Below, one piece after another: positions 12,664 through 28,699 of a stretch of DNA of 64,000 nucleotides (the stretch's first letter is position 1; each line of letters begins with the position of its first letter). This DNA comes from the human T2T-CHM13v2.0 reference genome, Homo sapiens. A program made the translations under genes and the position numbers. The notes below the pieces were generated by a model. It was not told the DNA's origin and did no database searches. It saw nothing but the letters and a program-made list of their open reading frames with translations. Location: assembly GCF_009914755.1 (NCBI RefSeq), contig NC_060926.1. One strand, written 5' to 3'.

Positions 12664-14380
12664 ACCCAAAGTCTTAACTCATTCCAGCATTAACCCAAAA
12701 GTCCAAGTTTAAAGTCTCATCTGAGACAAGGCAAGTTCCTTCTAAATATGAGCCTATACAATAAAAAACAAGTAGTTACTTCCTAGATACAATGAAGCTA
12801 CTGGCATTGTGTAAATACATTTATTCCAAATGGGAGAAATTGGCCAAAATGAAGTGGCTAGAGGCCCATGCAAGTCCAAAATCCAGCAGGGTACTCATTA
12901 AACCTTAAAGTTCCAAAATGATCTTTTGCTCCATGTCTCACATCCAGGGCATGCTGATGCAAGAGGTGGGATCCCATAGCCCTGGGGAGCCCCACCCCTG
13001 TTGCTTTGCCCCTGTAGTACACCTCACTCCTAGGTGCTTTCATGGCCTGGCGTTGAGTGTCTGTGGCTTTTCCAGGTGCACAGTGCAAGCTGTCGGTGGA
13101 TCCACCATTCTGGGGTCTGGAAGACCGTGGCCCTCTTCTCACAGTTTTGTTTCTACTAGGCAGTTCCCCAGTGGGGAGTGTGTGTGGAGGCTACAACCTC
13201 ACATTTCTCTTTCTCACTGCCCTAGCAGAGGTTCTTCAGGAGGGCTCTACCCCTGCAGCAAACTTCTGTCTGGATACCCAGACATTTTTATACATCCTCT
13301 GAAATCTAAGTGGCAGTTCCCAAACCTCAGTTCTTGAATTCTGTGCACCCACAGACTCAACACCACATGGAAGCCACCAAGCCTTAGGGCTTGCACCCTC
13401 TGAAGCAATGTCCTGAGCTGTACCTTGGCCCCTTTTAGCCATGGCTGGAGCTGAAGCAGCTTGGATGCAGGTCACCATGTCCTGAGGCTGCACAGAGCAG
13501 GAGGGCCCTAGGCCTGGCCCACAAAACCATTTTTCCCTCCCAAGGCCCCAGGCCTGTGATTGGAGAGGATGCTGTGGAGGCCTCTGACCCGCCCTGGAGA
13601 CATTTTCTCCATTGTCTCAGTGATCAACATTCCACTCCTCACTAGTTATGCAAATTTCTGCAGCAGGCTTAAGTTTCTCCCCAGAAAATGGGTTTTTCTT
13701 TTCTACCCCATTGTCAGATTGCAAATTTTCCAAATTTTTATACTCTGCCTTCTCTTGAATGTTTTGCCACTTAGACATTCCTTCCACCAGATACCCTAAA
13801 TCATCTCTCTCAAGTTCAAAGTTCCACAGATCTCTAGGGCAGGGAAAAAATGCCACCAGTCTCTTTGCTAAAGCATAGCAAGAGTGACCTTTACTCCAGT
13901 CCCCAGCAAGTTCCTCATCTCCATCTGAAACCACCTTAGCCCGGACTTTATTGTTCACATCACTTTCAGCATTTTGGTCAAAGCCATTCAACAAGACTCT
14001 AGAAATTTCCAAACTTTCCCACATCTTCCTGTCTTCTTCTGAGCCCTCCAAACTGTTCCAATCTTTGCCTGTTATCCAGTTCCAAAGTCACCTCTACATT
14101 TTCGGGTATCTTTATAGCAGTGCTCCACTACCTCACACTAATTTACTATATATAGTCCATTCTCACACTGCTGTGAAGAAATACCCAAGACTGGGTGATT
14201 TATAAAGGAAAGAGGTTTAATTGACTCACAGTTCCACATTGCTGGTGAAGCCTCAGGAAACTTACAATCCTAGTGGAAGGCAAAGGAGAAGCAGGCACCA
14301 GGGCAGGAGGATGGAATGAGTGCCAGCTGGGGAAATGCCAGATGCTTATAAAACCATCAGATCTCCTGAGAACTCACTCA
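12664..14380 (-). mobile_element. THE1 (C/D-like) MaLR: internal 12664-14146 plus partial 5' LTR 14147-14380; 3' LTR absent
   Basis: Minus ORF 13617-14051 (MWESLEISRVLLNGFDQNAESD...CPRDLWNFELERDDLGYL) is the THE1-int ORF; LTR 'gaggtttaattgactcacagttccac...aaaccatcagatctc'. Confidence 0.9.
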
Positions 14381-14382
14381 AA

Positions 14383-14445
14383 TTGCATAGTGGTCAAGTC
14401 AGGTCTTCTAGGGTATCCATCAGCCAAATAACAGACATTGTAACC
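14383..14445 (-). mobile_element. L1MA 3' fragment
   Basis: 'tgcatagtggtcaagtcaggtcttctagggtatccatcagccaaataacagacattgtaacc'. Confidence 0.55.
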
Positions 14446-14999
14446 TTTTGTTTATTATTCTCCAAGCTCTCTGGCTTCCTTTCTTCCCATTGAACGCTTC
14501 AAACTCATTCTCCTCTCAGGGCCTGTATATTTGGTATTCTAAGTGGAATTTTCTTTCCAAGCCCTTTGTGTGCTCCCTTCTCCTTCTCCAATAATTTCTC
14601 CTCAGAGAGGACTTGCTCAATGGTAGCTGAAGCAGCCATGCCCAACCCTTTCATCTCAGCCACTGTCAATCACGCTTGCCTCTTTTGTGTTTCTTTTCTC
14701 TTTCTCCACTTCTGAGGAGAACAAACATGAGCTCATAATTATATTTGTGTTGCCTAAACCACACCTTGATAAGTAAAAAAGACTTCAATATTAGATTTGT
14801 TGACTGACTCACTTCCACCTAACCTATCTCAAGTTTTTTCACCTGAAAATGGGCCTCATTACTCTTATCACATAACGTTGTTGCACAGTAAGCAAGATGG
14901 CCAAATGTGAATTATTGATGTTTACTTAATGTGAACTTGATGTCTCAAGTTCCACACCTTCCTGTCTCGTCTCAATCCATTCCAATCACATATCCATCT

Positions 15000-16585
<1,586 letters not shown>

Positions 16586-17036
16586 ATATTGCACAGTAAG
16601 GACAAAATTAATTAAACTAAATTCCTAGCTTCTTTCCTGAATTCTGAACTGAATTTTCAAATTCTAACTGTATTTATTTCCTTGGATGACCCCCTAGGGT
16701 CTTTAATCTTCTCAACTCAAAACAACAGACTTCCAATCATAGTACTCTACTCCTGACTTAAAACTTGATCTCCTTTTTTCCTTTTTCTTTATACCTATAA
16801 ATACCATCTAGTCTGCTCTCTCAAGAAAAAAAACCTGGGAGTCATCTATCTCATGTTACCCACATTTATTTAGCCACATGTGCTCTGAAACTAGTCACCC
16901 TGGCCATGGTCTCCTTATTTCTAATCTATCCCCACTCCAGTTTCCCAAGAAATCTGTAACACAAGCGAAACACGTCACTCCACTATGCAAGGTCACTGAG
17001 TTCCACTTGGATAAAGTCCCAATTGCTTCCACTATG

Positions 17037-17620
17037 TTTATTCATTCATGCACTCATTCAGTAAATATTCAGTGCTTACTGTTCAGAATTACAGGTGCCA
17101 GGAACAGAGTCAAGAAAAATGAAGCCTCTGCCCTTATAGCACTTACATTCTAGTAGGAGAAACAGGCCAAAAGGACTGTCATTCATTCATTCAGTAAATA
17201 TTCATTCACTCATTCAGTAAATATTCAGTGCTTACTGTTCAGAATTACAGGTGCCAGGAACAGAGTCGAGAAAAATGAAGCCTCTGCCCTTATAGCACTT
17301 ACATTCTAGTAGGAGAGACAGGCCAAAAAGAGAAAAGCAAATGAATATATGAAAAATGGAAAGTAGTGAAAGGTTCAGTAAGGAAGTGAGAAAAAAATAA
17401 AAAGACCACAAGTGATTGGAGTTGGAGGGCTTCTTTAGATAAGGTGGTCAAGGGAAGATTGCTCTGAGAAGCTGGCATTTGACCAGATCCTGAATGAAAA
17501 GACATAGGACCATGTGGATATTCAAGGGAAAGGTATTTCACATGGAAATAACAACAGGAGCAAAAATCCTGAGGTGGAAATGTGCTTGGTGTATTTGAGG
17601 AGCTACAAACAGGCCAGCAG
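17037..17620 (-). mobile_element. L2 3' end (antisense) containing a local duplication
   Basis: 'ttcattcattcagtaaatattcagtgcttact...cttacattctagtaggaga...tgtgcttggtgtatttgagg'. Confidence 0.75.
17051..17328. repeat. Tandem duplication of 122 bp (17051-17172 and 17207-17328)
   Basis: Two copies differing at 2 positions; period 156 bp; 34-bp junction insert. Confidence 0.95.
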
Positions 17621-18647
17621 GGTTGGGATCACAGTGACCGAGGGGCAGGATCTTTCTGACTTTGCCCATCTACCTCTCAGATTTAATATCCTCCTCATTC
17701 CCCTTACCCATGTTGCACCACTGGTCATTTCCCAAGCACATCAACCACTCACATGGGCCCTTATCTTTGCATGTATTATTCTCTCTGCCTAGAGGGTACT
17801 TTTTCTCCTAATCCTCTAGTCAACTCCCATTTACCCTTCTGGTACCAAAATAAACGTCACCTTCTCAGAAACAACTCTCGCTCTGCCAAGAAGTTAGGTG
17901 GCATTTCTCTGAGTTCCTACTACTGTACTCCTCTCTGTCATAGCATTTAAAGCACCATTCTAGCTGTTTGCTTGGTTTCCTCCCATACAGTAGTTCTGTG
18001 AGAGGTTGGATGTTTATAATACGTATTTTTTTTAAATAGAAGGAAGGAAGGAAGGAAAAAATGATAGGCAGATAGAAGAAGGGAAGGAAGATAGAAAAAA
18101 AAGGAAGGAGGTAAGCTTAGGAAATTTTTGTAATCTAATAATTTGTTTTCTAGAAATGCCTTTTTGCTGCATAACTTTCCTACTGTATTTGGTTCTATTT
18201 CATGGAAATCAGTGTAGAGAATTCCAGTATTCACGTAAGAATAAAACCTTGGAAATCATTTGATCATCACTTCTCTTCACAAAACACAAATGTACTCCTG
18301 TATAAAATCAAGCAAAAACCTGCAATGGCAGGTTGCCTCACGCACTTCAGACTTACACATCGTCTTGGAAGGCCGGTTTTGTTGCTATAGTAACTGGATC
18401 TCTATCAGAAACCAGGAATTAATGTAGAGAAGAGGAGAGGTACAGAGGCAATATGAAGAATTCAGTCTGAGCATTAGTGAAGGTATTGGGTCAGCTATTC
18501 TTCAGCGGGCACAGTGATGTGCACAATTCCTGGTTCCTGGTGCTGGTCAGTGAGGTCAGAATTATGAGTTTCAGGTGGGTCCCCTAAGGAGCTACAAGAG
18601 AGGCTTGCTCAAGGTTGTTGATTAACTTATTTTAGTTGCAGACATTT

Positions 18648-18727
18648 TTTTTTATTTTATTACTATTATACTTTAAGTTTTAGGGTACATGTGCACAACA
18701 TGCAGGTTTGTCACATATGTATACATG
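18648..18727 (-). mobile_element. Very short (about 80 bp) L1PA 3' end insertion
   Basis: 'ttatactttaagttttagggtacatgtgcacaacatgcaggtttgtcacatatgtatacatg'; TSD TGCAGACATTT at 18637-18647 and 18728-18738. Confidence 0.88.
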
Positions 18728-19908
18728 TGCAGACATTTGAATTAATTATATTTCTGGACATATTATAATAATCATTTTGTATAAGTACCCACTCCTGTTT
18801 TGTTTTGGATATTTTTTTATTACCTAGACCTTCATTCCTCTCTTTCTCCCTTCCAAAGTGTTCCACTGTAATGTGCTTGATATGGCTTTTCAAATACTTT
18901 TATATAAATTGTTTTAATTGGCATAAATGACAATGTTCTATTAATTTTATTCTACTGTTTATTTTTTAACCTAATGATATATTTTTACGACTTACTCATT
19001 TTGCTGCATATTTGTTTTGCCTACCTCACTCCCTAGTAATTGATTCCTTCATTACTTCTAACACTTCACTATCAAGAATGGTGTTCAAATGATGTCCTTC
19101 TACAGGCTACCTGACGGAACAGTGAGGAAAAGTTGTTTCCTGCAGAAATAAAAGACAAAGGTAACAAGCCAATTGCTTTTCTTCCCCTTAATATTATCAA
19201 TATCACCCTTTAAAGAAACCACACTTTAGTAACGTGGCAGAAGAGTGCAAGCTTGAACAAAGAGCCCTTGACACAAACTACCTGGAAACAGGAAAACATC
19301 CACCTCTAGACAAAGCTATCATAAGGAAAAAACAGAAGATCTGAATCAAACATTTCAGCTGATGGGCACTTTCACCTCCCTAAATTAACAAAATACAGAA
19401 AGAAAAATAAAACACAATACTCCAAACTTCAATAAGAATCCATAAATAAGGTTGTTCAGATAACATCTCAAGTCAGAAATTGAAAAAGTAAGAACAGCAA
19501 AGAACAACAGAAACTAAAATAGATGCAGCAAGAGTTGATCAAACTAATCAAAGATAATAAAGAAAAAATTAAAACCATCTCAGAAATGAAGACTGAATTA
19601 TGCGGTTGCCAGGGGAGAATAGATTCAAGTAAAATCTAACAAGAAGAATTGAACAAAAACAGAAAACAGTCAAGGAAATAAAAATGAAATAAAGAAGAAA
19701 ACATGGTCAGAGAAAAAGTAGTTTAAATAGAAAACAAAGAAAGGAAGTATAATGAGAATTTCCGAATAATACTTTGAAACAGAACTAATATTTAAAACTA
19801 CAATCCAAGAAGCCTTTCCAAAAATAAGAAAACATAAATTAATAAACTGAGGGTCCTCTGGCACCTCGGAAAACTGATTTAGAAAAATTAACTTCAAGAA
19901 TACTCTGT

Positions 19909-20204
<296 letters not shown>

Positions 20205-20692
20205 AAGAATATTCTTAAAAGCAAAAAACAAAGAAAAATCCTTGGCACTGTTAGAGCAAGAAAAGTAGGTTGGCATCAAGTCTCTCAAGAATAAATATAA
20301 GGCAATGCTGTGGTGGGAGAATTTTACAAGAAATGCAAGGACATCTAGCCAAGCCTTTAAGCAACAAGAGGATAGAAAGCTAGTTTTGACTGTGAAAGGA
20401 TTCAAGGACTGCTATTCCCCTGAGCTCTTTCTGAGGAGTATGTTAAAAGACGGGCTCCAGAAATCTAAGGGTTGACGGGGGAAACTGTCAAGAAGACACT
20501 AATGAGTGCGTGTATAATTGTAGAACAAAGAATTAAGCAAAGTTGGAGCGGACTGGAAAATTGAATATAAATATATGGTTCTGACAAAGCAGAAGGAACA
20601 TAACTAGAATAACTGGGAAAAGTGAAAAAGAAAGTAGAATTAGACAATGACTACTCTATAATTAATAGGTAAGAATCAATGTTTACCACATA

Positions 20693-20755
20693 AAAATTAT
20701 AGACCTGATAGTAAAATTTAAATAACAAAATTATAGACCTGATAGTAAAATTTAA
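20693..20755. repeat. 29-bp perfect direct repeat x2, 5-bp spacer
   Basis: aaaattatagacctgatagtaaaatttaa at 20693-20721 and 20727-20755. Confidence 0.9.
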
Positions 20756-22358
20756 GGGCAATACAAGTTTTATAAATACAAATATAACCAATACTATCAA
20801 AACACAAACATTTCTAAAGGCTAAAATATTTAAATATAAATATGTATGTGTGGAAAGAGACACATAAAGAATTACGGTCAAACCACACAATAACTCCAAT
20901 ATTATATAATAGTTTACTGGCAGTATTAGTGAATGTAATTGGGTAAGAGAAAAAACTAGGGATACAAGAATTGGAAAAGAATAATAAGAATATCTTTATT
21001 TGCCAATGACATAACATTATATTCTATAAATATGACTGAATCTATGATAAAGCCAATTATAAAAATAAGCATTTGTTAAGATAGCAGGATAAAAATTAAA
21101 ATACAGAAATCAATATGCTTTCTATGCAGCATTAAGAACCCCTTGAAAGAGAAAATACCATAGCAACAAAAATGTTTATATTACTTAGCAAGAAATGTGC
21201 AAAACCTATATTAAGGAAACAACAATAATTATGAAACACTCTTGAAAGACACCTATATACACTTGAATAAATACAAAGATACACCGTTAAAACACATCAC
21301 GAAAATGTCAGTTCTAAGTTAAACATTTAATTTATCCCAATAAAAATACAAACAAGGTATTTTGCTATAGTTAGACAAGTTGATACTAAAGTCCATATAG
21401 GAAAAACTAAATAAATAATAATATGTAATTATAGTTATAATAATACAGTAAAAGAAGGCCTGTGAGGAAGGGAGGACTAGTCTTACCAGATATTAAAACA
21501 TACAGCTAAACCTAATAAATAAATAAATACTAACGCATGCATAGACAGAAGACCAATGAGACAGAATAGAAATTCTAAAATTACACTGAGCTGCATGTGG
21601 AAATCTGGTATCTAAAAAAGGAAATATCTCATATCAATGAGAGCAAAGGAGTTTTTAATAAATGGTGTTAGGATAACTGAATAGCCATCTGAAGATGGTT
21701 TTAATTAGATTCATTTCTCACATCATATGTAAGAAGGGAATCATGATAGATTAAACACCTAAGTTTAAAAAAATCCAACTATCCACAGATTGGAATAAAA
21801 TTATTCTCACCTGGGTGTAGAGAAAGAGTATCTATGCCACAACATCCAGAGTCAATTTAAAATATTGATTATTTTTCTACAAAAATTTGTATAAAATTAT
21901 GGTTAAAAATATGTAGGCAAAGTCACAAGAAAATGGACATTGTGGGAAAATTTGTGACATATATAATGAGTAAAAACTACTTTCCTTAACATATGAAGAT
22001 TTTTATAATTGGTGAGAAGACCAAAAATGAAAATGAACATGAAAAGAAAATTCATATATATATATATATGAGAAATGGCTCTTAAACCTCTGTAAAAGTA
22101 CTCAATCTCATTCATGATAAGAAAATTAAATTATTAAAGCTTAACTGGAAAATATTTTCTTACCAATTAGATCGACAAAAGATTCAGTCTTGATGAAACA
22201 TGCTCTTGGCAAGGCTGTGCAAAAACAGTCATTCTCATGCATTATTGATGGACATAAAAGTGGTATGACAATAGAGGGAAATTTAGCAACACCTAAAATT
22301 TAGCAAAACAACCTCTTCATTTCCCTTTCAGCCCAGACATCTCACTTCTAAGAATTTA

Positions 22359-22680
<322 letters not shown>

Positions 22681-23589
22681 AAGAATTTATTTGAAGATTA
22701 ATGTCCAACAATAGGAAAATATACATGTATAAGGTTATTATTTGCAACATTATTTGTAATTTCAAGATATTAGAATCAATCAAAATATTAAAATATAGGA
22801 GATCGGTTAAACAAATTCTGTTGCATCCACACAATGGAATGTTATATGGCAGGAAAAATGAATGAGGGTGAACTGATATGAAGCAATTTTATGTATTTTT
22901 AAATGAACAAACAAAAAGTACAAAAGGCATATATAATATGCTAACTTTTGAGTAAGACAAAAATAAAGTAAGATAACATCTGTCTGCTTACTGTTACAAA
23001 ATAAAACACAGGAAGGATAAACCAAAAAACAATAAAAGGGGAAACTGAGTGAAAGTTATAAGGAGGGAAGATATTTTTCTGAGTATGTCATTTTTACTTT
23101 TAGAAGAATGTCAATGCTCTACAAATTCAAAAACTGTGACAAGATCTATAAGGATGAGATAAAAGTAAAACCTAAAATGTAAAAGAAACAAATGAACCCA
23201 ACTGCATTTCAAATGAATAACATAACTATCACTCTGAAATGAAATCCCTGGGATAAAATCCCTGACTTGAAAGAAGGAGGTTGCTTTCTCCATATATAAG
23301 AGATGGCCCAGCAGTTTCCATGAAGAGTTTGTATTTTTCCACTTAGAGAAACTGATCATATGCAAAAGAGCATACTGAAGGCAGAGGCTGCCTGTGTGTG
23401 CGCATGTGTATGTGTTCATGTGTGGCCCTACACGTGTGAAGCATGTGATTGGAAGGATGAGAATTGGTTGACAAATGGGAGTCCTGAATTTAAATCCAAG
23501 ATTTGGTATACAGAGAGAGTAACTTAACCAGTAGTTTCCTCATAATCCTTAATGTAATCACCAGGGTGGAGTATACTGAGGATTTGATG

Positions 23590-23800
23590 AGATAATGTGT
23601 TTCAGAGCCCAGGCTGTGAAATCCTATTCTTGGGTGCAAATCCAGCTGAATCTCATTCTTACTTTGGAACCTTGGACACATATTTAATTTCTCTCAGTCT
23701 AAGTTTTCTCTTCTGTGGAAATGAAAAATAGTTGTATCTTCCTCCTATGTTTAGGGTGGGAAATAAATTAGTGTGCTCATGCAACAAATGAGGTAATTCA
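23590..23800 (+). mobile_element. MIR SINE
   Basis: 'accttggacacatatttaatttctctcagtctaagttttctcttctgtggaaatg' MIR core. Confidence 0.6.
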
Positions 23801-25249
23801 TAGTAAGGATTTCACTGGAAAGCAAGATGCAAACTGCAAAAGGCAGGTTCCTTTTCATCTTGTTCACCCTTGTGCCCTCTGGCCTAGACTACTGCTTGGC
23901 AGGGATCTATCACTTCTTTCACATCTGTGGAATGAATGAATGAAAACCTTTTCCTGACCCCTGACCCATAAAAAGCTTCATAAATGTTAGCTGTGTTGTC
24001 ATGATCTCCATAATTATGATTATCCTCATGATCATTAATGTATATAAAGGTGTTTTATCTTCAAAATCAAGTGGGAAATGTAGACAGCCCCCTGTACTTT
24101 CAACAAGTAATGTTGGATTTTATAGCATCCCATGAAGAAGAACGACCACTGGGGAGGAATCTGGGGGGGGGGGCGGGAAATGGTTTAATAGCAAAAAAGA
24201 GTATATACGGCTCTTTCTTGATTGATGTTTCCACATTGGTTATTTGGTGCTTCCTCTGCCCTTCTCTCTGATAGCTTGAAAGGCAAAAAAAAAAAAGAAA
24301 AAAAGGCTTCCAAAAGCTGAAAATACTCAGTCTGAGACCACAGAACTAGGGCAGCAGTCCTGAGTATCAGTAAATTGATCCCTTTGAAGTTTTATGTTAG
24401 GAGAAACTCAGGCCCATAACAGAAGCTCCTGATCTCATTAGGGAGAAAGTAAATCCTTTAGAAATAAGTCTTCTCACAGTTTAATAACTGAGGTTTCAGT
24501 TCTCCTTGAGAAAAATTCCTGGCTGGATTACACTCTAGAGCCATATTTCTTGCAAAATCCAACATCTGAAATCCTAGACTGAGCAAAGAATTACTTTTTG
24601 GGGGGAAAAAAAGGAGTTTAAAGTTGGAAAAAAAGATCTTTTATGGAAAGACATCCCAAAATCACACCATGCACTGTTTACTTATAAACTTAACTAATTT
24701 TATTACATACAATTCTTTGCTTCTATTTTTCAAATAACAAAACCGAGATGAAGAGCAACTATCTACTTACCAAAAGACACATAATTAGTACGTGGTAAAG
24801 CCCAGTTTTCAACATTGGTACAACTCTAAAGTCCATGCGCTTATCTTTTCTGATAATATGTACCAGAATACAAAAGCCTCTTTCCACAAAGTCCAGGGCA
24901 TTCCAGATATGTCATTGAATAAGGTGACATTGATAATAGGAATTCTGAAATTAGTGACCAAAAGCATTTAATGAAAAATGTAGAGTTTAATTAATAATGG
25001 CAATAAGTCTTGAAATTTTAATAAAATTTCTGGAAGCACCTTAACATCTTAGAACTATCTGTTGATTTTTACAGGGAGAGTAAGCCAGTGTGACATAAAG
25101 GAAAGAGTATTTTGCTAAATGTCAGGAAGTGGGGATTCTTGTTCTGACTCTGTTCCTGGCTAGATGATTTTAAATGAGTCATTTTGTTATCCTTAGCCCT
25201 ACTTTCTGAATCAAGAGAATAAACTCATCAGATTAGGTCATCTCAATAT

Positions 25250-25460
25250 TTTTTGCAGCTTTATCACTGAAGAGATAACATCGATTTCACCACTGCTAAA
25301 TGAAAATAAAGACCTGATCCATGGACTCACACATTTATTACCAAGTAGAAATCTGCACATCCCAAAGGTTGTGACCTGCTTAAGGTCACACAGCAATTTG
25401 GTGGCAGAGCAGGGATGAGGACCCAGGTGTCCTCAATCCCAATGCCATGTTTCTCTTCAT
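25250..25460 (-). mobile_element. MIR SINE
   Basis: 'gtgacctgcttaaggtcacacagcaatttggtggcagagcagggatgaggacccagg'. Confidence 0.6.
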
Positions 25461-26836
25461 ACCAGTAGCTTGCAAAGTGGTCACTTAATATTTGTCTAAG
25501 TCAAAAATTGAATCATTGGAATGCAGTGCCTTTGGTGGATAGGCCCCCAAGAAGGGTGTTTTTGTAAATATAGAAATACGTAAATGTTTAGTATAAAATC
25601 ATAAATAGAAATTTCTAAAAAAATAAAATTAAATGACTAATGTGTTTGATTCTCAAAGTCAGACATCATGAAAGGGGGCGGGGGATGCTGGAGAACATCA
25701 GCTCTGGTGACGACTGCCCAGAGTCCAGTTCCATCATTTCTCGCTCTGTTTCAGTTTTTCCATCTGACAAACAGAAATAATAACACATGTACACATATGG
25801 TGCACTTGTGGGGAATAATGGGTCAGCACATGTAATGCATATAGAGCAGCACCTGGGAAAGGATGCATAAGCTATGATTATCACAAGTTTACAGATGAGG
25901 CACTTGAGCCTCACAGTGGGTTAGAATGCTGGGAATCCTCAGCCAAGTTGATGGGAGCTTTGTCTCTACAGAACCTCCTGCCCAGTCACTGAGGAATCAC
26001 AGGGCAGTGGAGAAACCATACAATTTGAAACCAGGAGACCCAGGCATGAATCTCTCTTCTGCTCTATCCTCAGCTTATGACCTTGAACAAATTACTTCAA
26101 TGCTCTGTTCCTTCTTTGCTTCATTTATAAATATAGTAACAGTGATATTCAGTCTACAAATTGGTTATGAGGATCAAACTCCAATGTTCCATGACAACGC
26201 TGGTTATTGCTGTGATCACTATTACCAGCTGTAGCTGGGTTATGGAGTCAGACTTGGTGAAATGACCAGTGTCCTCCAAACTCTGTTGGAGTGGCTCTGT
26301 CAGTGCTGCTGGGTACAAGGGTCCACAGCCACCCCACAGAGTCCCTAGTTTGAGAGTGATCTTCAAAGTACAAGGGGAAGAAAGAGCTCTGTTAGGCAGG
26401 TAGAGAGCCTCACACAGGCAGGAAGATTATAAGAGACCTTTCAGAGGCTTTAAAGTAGCTCAAACCAGCTGGCCTTGATGAAAGACATATCTGGGGCCTG
26501 TGTGATGGAATCACTGAATTCCTGGGGTGGATCCTAGAAGATCCGTAGACAGCAGGAAGTCTCTAGTTAGTTCTCTAAGATGTAAAGTAATTTTTAAATG
26601 TAAATTTGACCAGGCACTCTTTCAATGGAACACTTCCGTGGTGTGCTCAAATGATGCACTCCATGTTCAAAGGATAAAGACAAATCTCTCATAGGAGTAG
26701 CACAGAACTTCCTTTCCCCCTTGGTCTGCCCCTTGCTTCCCTGGCTCCCTGCCATTAGCCAGCCTAGCTCAGCACTTCCGCCACCACAGGGCTGTGTACA
26801 GGCATGACTGTTTTCTCTCTTCCCCACCTTCCCCAC

Positions 26837-27234
26837 TGTATTAGTTCGCTTTCACACTGCTATAAGGAATTACCTGAGACTATGTAATTCATGAGGAAAA
26901 GAGGTTTAATTGACTCACAGTTCTGCCAGCTGAACAGGAAGTGTGACTGGGAGGCCTCAGGAAACTTACAGTCAAGGCAAAAGGTGAAGGGAAAGCAAGG
27001 ACCTTCTTCACATGGCATCAGGAGAGAGAGAGCACAAGGGGGGGAAGTGCTACACATTTTTAAACAAACAGATCTCATGAGAACTCTATCATAAGACAGC
27101 ACTAGGGAGATGGTGCTAAACCATTAGAAACCACCCCCATGATCCAATCACCTCCCACCAAGCCCCACCTTCAACACATGAGGATTGCAATTTGACATGA
27201 GATTTGGGTGGGAACACAAAGGCAAACCATATCA
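26837..27234 (-). mobile_element. MSTA-like solo LTR (MaLR)
   Basis: TGTATTAG...ACCATATCA termini; 'gaggtttaattgactcacag', 'gaggcctcaggaaacttaca'; 5-bp TSD cccac / tccac. Confidence 0.9.
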
Positions 27235-27639
27235 TCCACCTCTGTCCTGCCTCTTTTCTGGTTCACTCCTGTACAACCTTCAGATCTCAGGTAAAGCATT
27301 ATATTTGCACATCCTCAGTTGTTCCTCCCCTGAGCTATTTATTAGGCCAAATTTCATTTTTTTATGTGTTTTGAGTACCACATATCTCTCCGTTGAAGCA
27401 CGTGTGAAGGTGCAGTTGTATGCGCATTTGTGTGATTTTTTTTTTTAATTACTGAGTCTTCCCTAAGCAATATTTGGAGCAGAGACAAATTCTGTGTTTC
27501 TTATTTACAACCTATAATAGTGTCTGGACATGGAAGGTGCTGAAATTAATTTTATTAATGAATAAAATGATGAATGAAAAACCATGACTTGCTTTCAAGT
27601 AGTATTCCTGGTCTGACAAATTAAACAATTTAGTAAGTC

Positions 27640-28010
27640 CCTTAATGAGGGCTTTGTGATCGCCTTGTGGACAAGGTGAAGAAATCTATTCTTGGCTATG
27701 ATACTAATGGATTAAGGCCTAACTTAATAATTGACTGGCTTCAAGGTAAGTTCCTTAATTTCTCCCTCAGAATCAGATTGAAGAGAGGATTGTAGTAGCT
27801 CTGTCCTATGCAACATAACAATAATTTGGATAAAGACATTGGGTACACTGCCAAAATTTGATATGATTGATGGCAGAATCACAATCCACAGAATTACTGA
27901 TGGTCGAAATATTCAACCAAATCTAAAAATTTGAAATTGATATTAGATAGAGCTATATACAGATCATTACGTTGGGCTAAAATAAACAGATAAGCAAATA
28001 AAAATTCCAC
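27640..28010 (+). mobile_element. L3/CR1 reverse-transcriptase fragment
   Basis: 'ccttgtggacaaggtgaagaaat', 'gctctgtcct', 'ttggataaagacat', 'gatggcagaatcacaatcca' resemble CR1/L3 RT. Confidence 0.45.
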
Positions 28011-28699
28011 TGGTAGAAGACAGTAAAAAATGGTTGGAAAGTGCATATGAACAACTTTTATGCCCATGGTTTCTAAAAATTGTGCCAAGGTACCTAGGGC
28101 ACTCAAGCAGACTCCCAGGGTTATGCAGGATATTTAACACATCTGAGGGAAATGGTGAGAACTGCAACCTCAAGGTTATTCCCAGGTTCAACATGAGATT
28201 GAGCTGATTTCTTTCCATGTTTTGGTAAGTTTGTGAAGTTGGGTTGTAGGAGCTTGCTGGGATAAAAAGCAAGCACCATGCAAAAATCAATGTGGAATAA
28301 GAAGGAAGGGGTTGTGTGCTGTGGTATGCTGAGCCAGTTGGGTGTGCCCAAAACCCACGCACTCAAATGGTCATGTCCCAAGTTAAAGAAGAACTTAGAC
28401 TTGTCTACAAAGGGATCAATCAGTTTAGATAGAATTTTCTGTGTGAGTCCGTAGATATTTGGAATTTCCTCTAACTTTACAGCCTACTACCATCATGGTA
28501 GATTAGAATGTGCATGGAATATTCCCCCAGAAGACCTAGATCCTTGTCTTCCCTGCATCTAAATAGCTCTCTGTTGTCTGAATCCTTGGTTAAATCCTTG
28601 AGCCTCAATTGTACTTTCATAAAAATGAAAATAGAAAATCTCTGAATGGCCAACCTCAGAAAGTCATTGTATGAATAAAATAACATAAAGGAAGTAGAT

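Noticed and set aside
24151-24177. G-run, possible G-quadruplex
   Set aside because: Isolated homopolymer with no supporting context.
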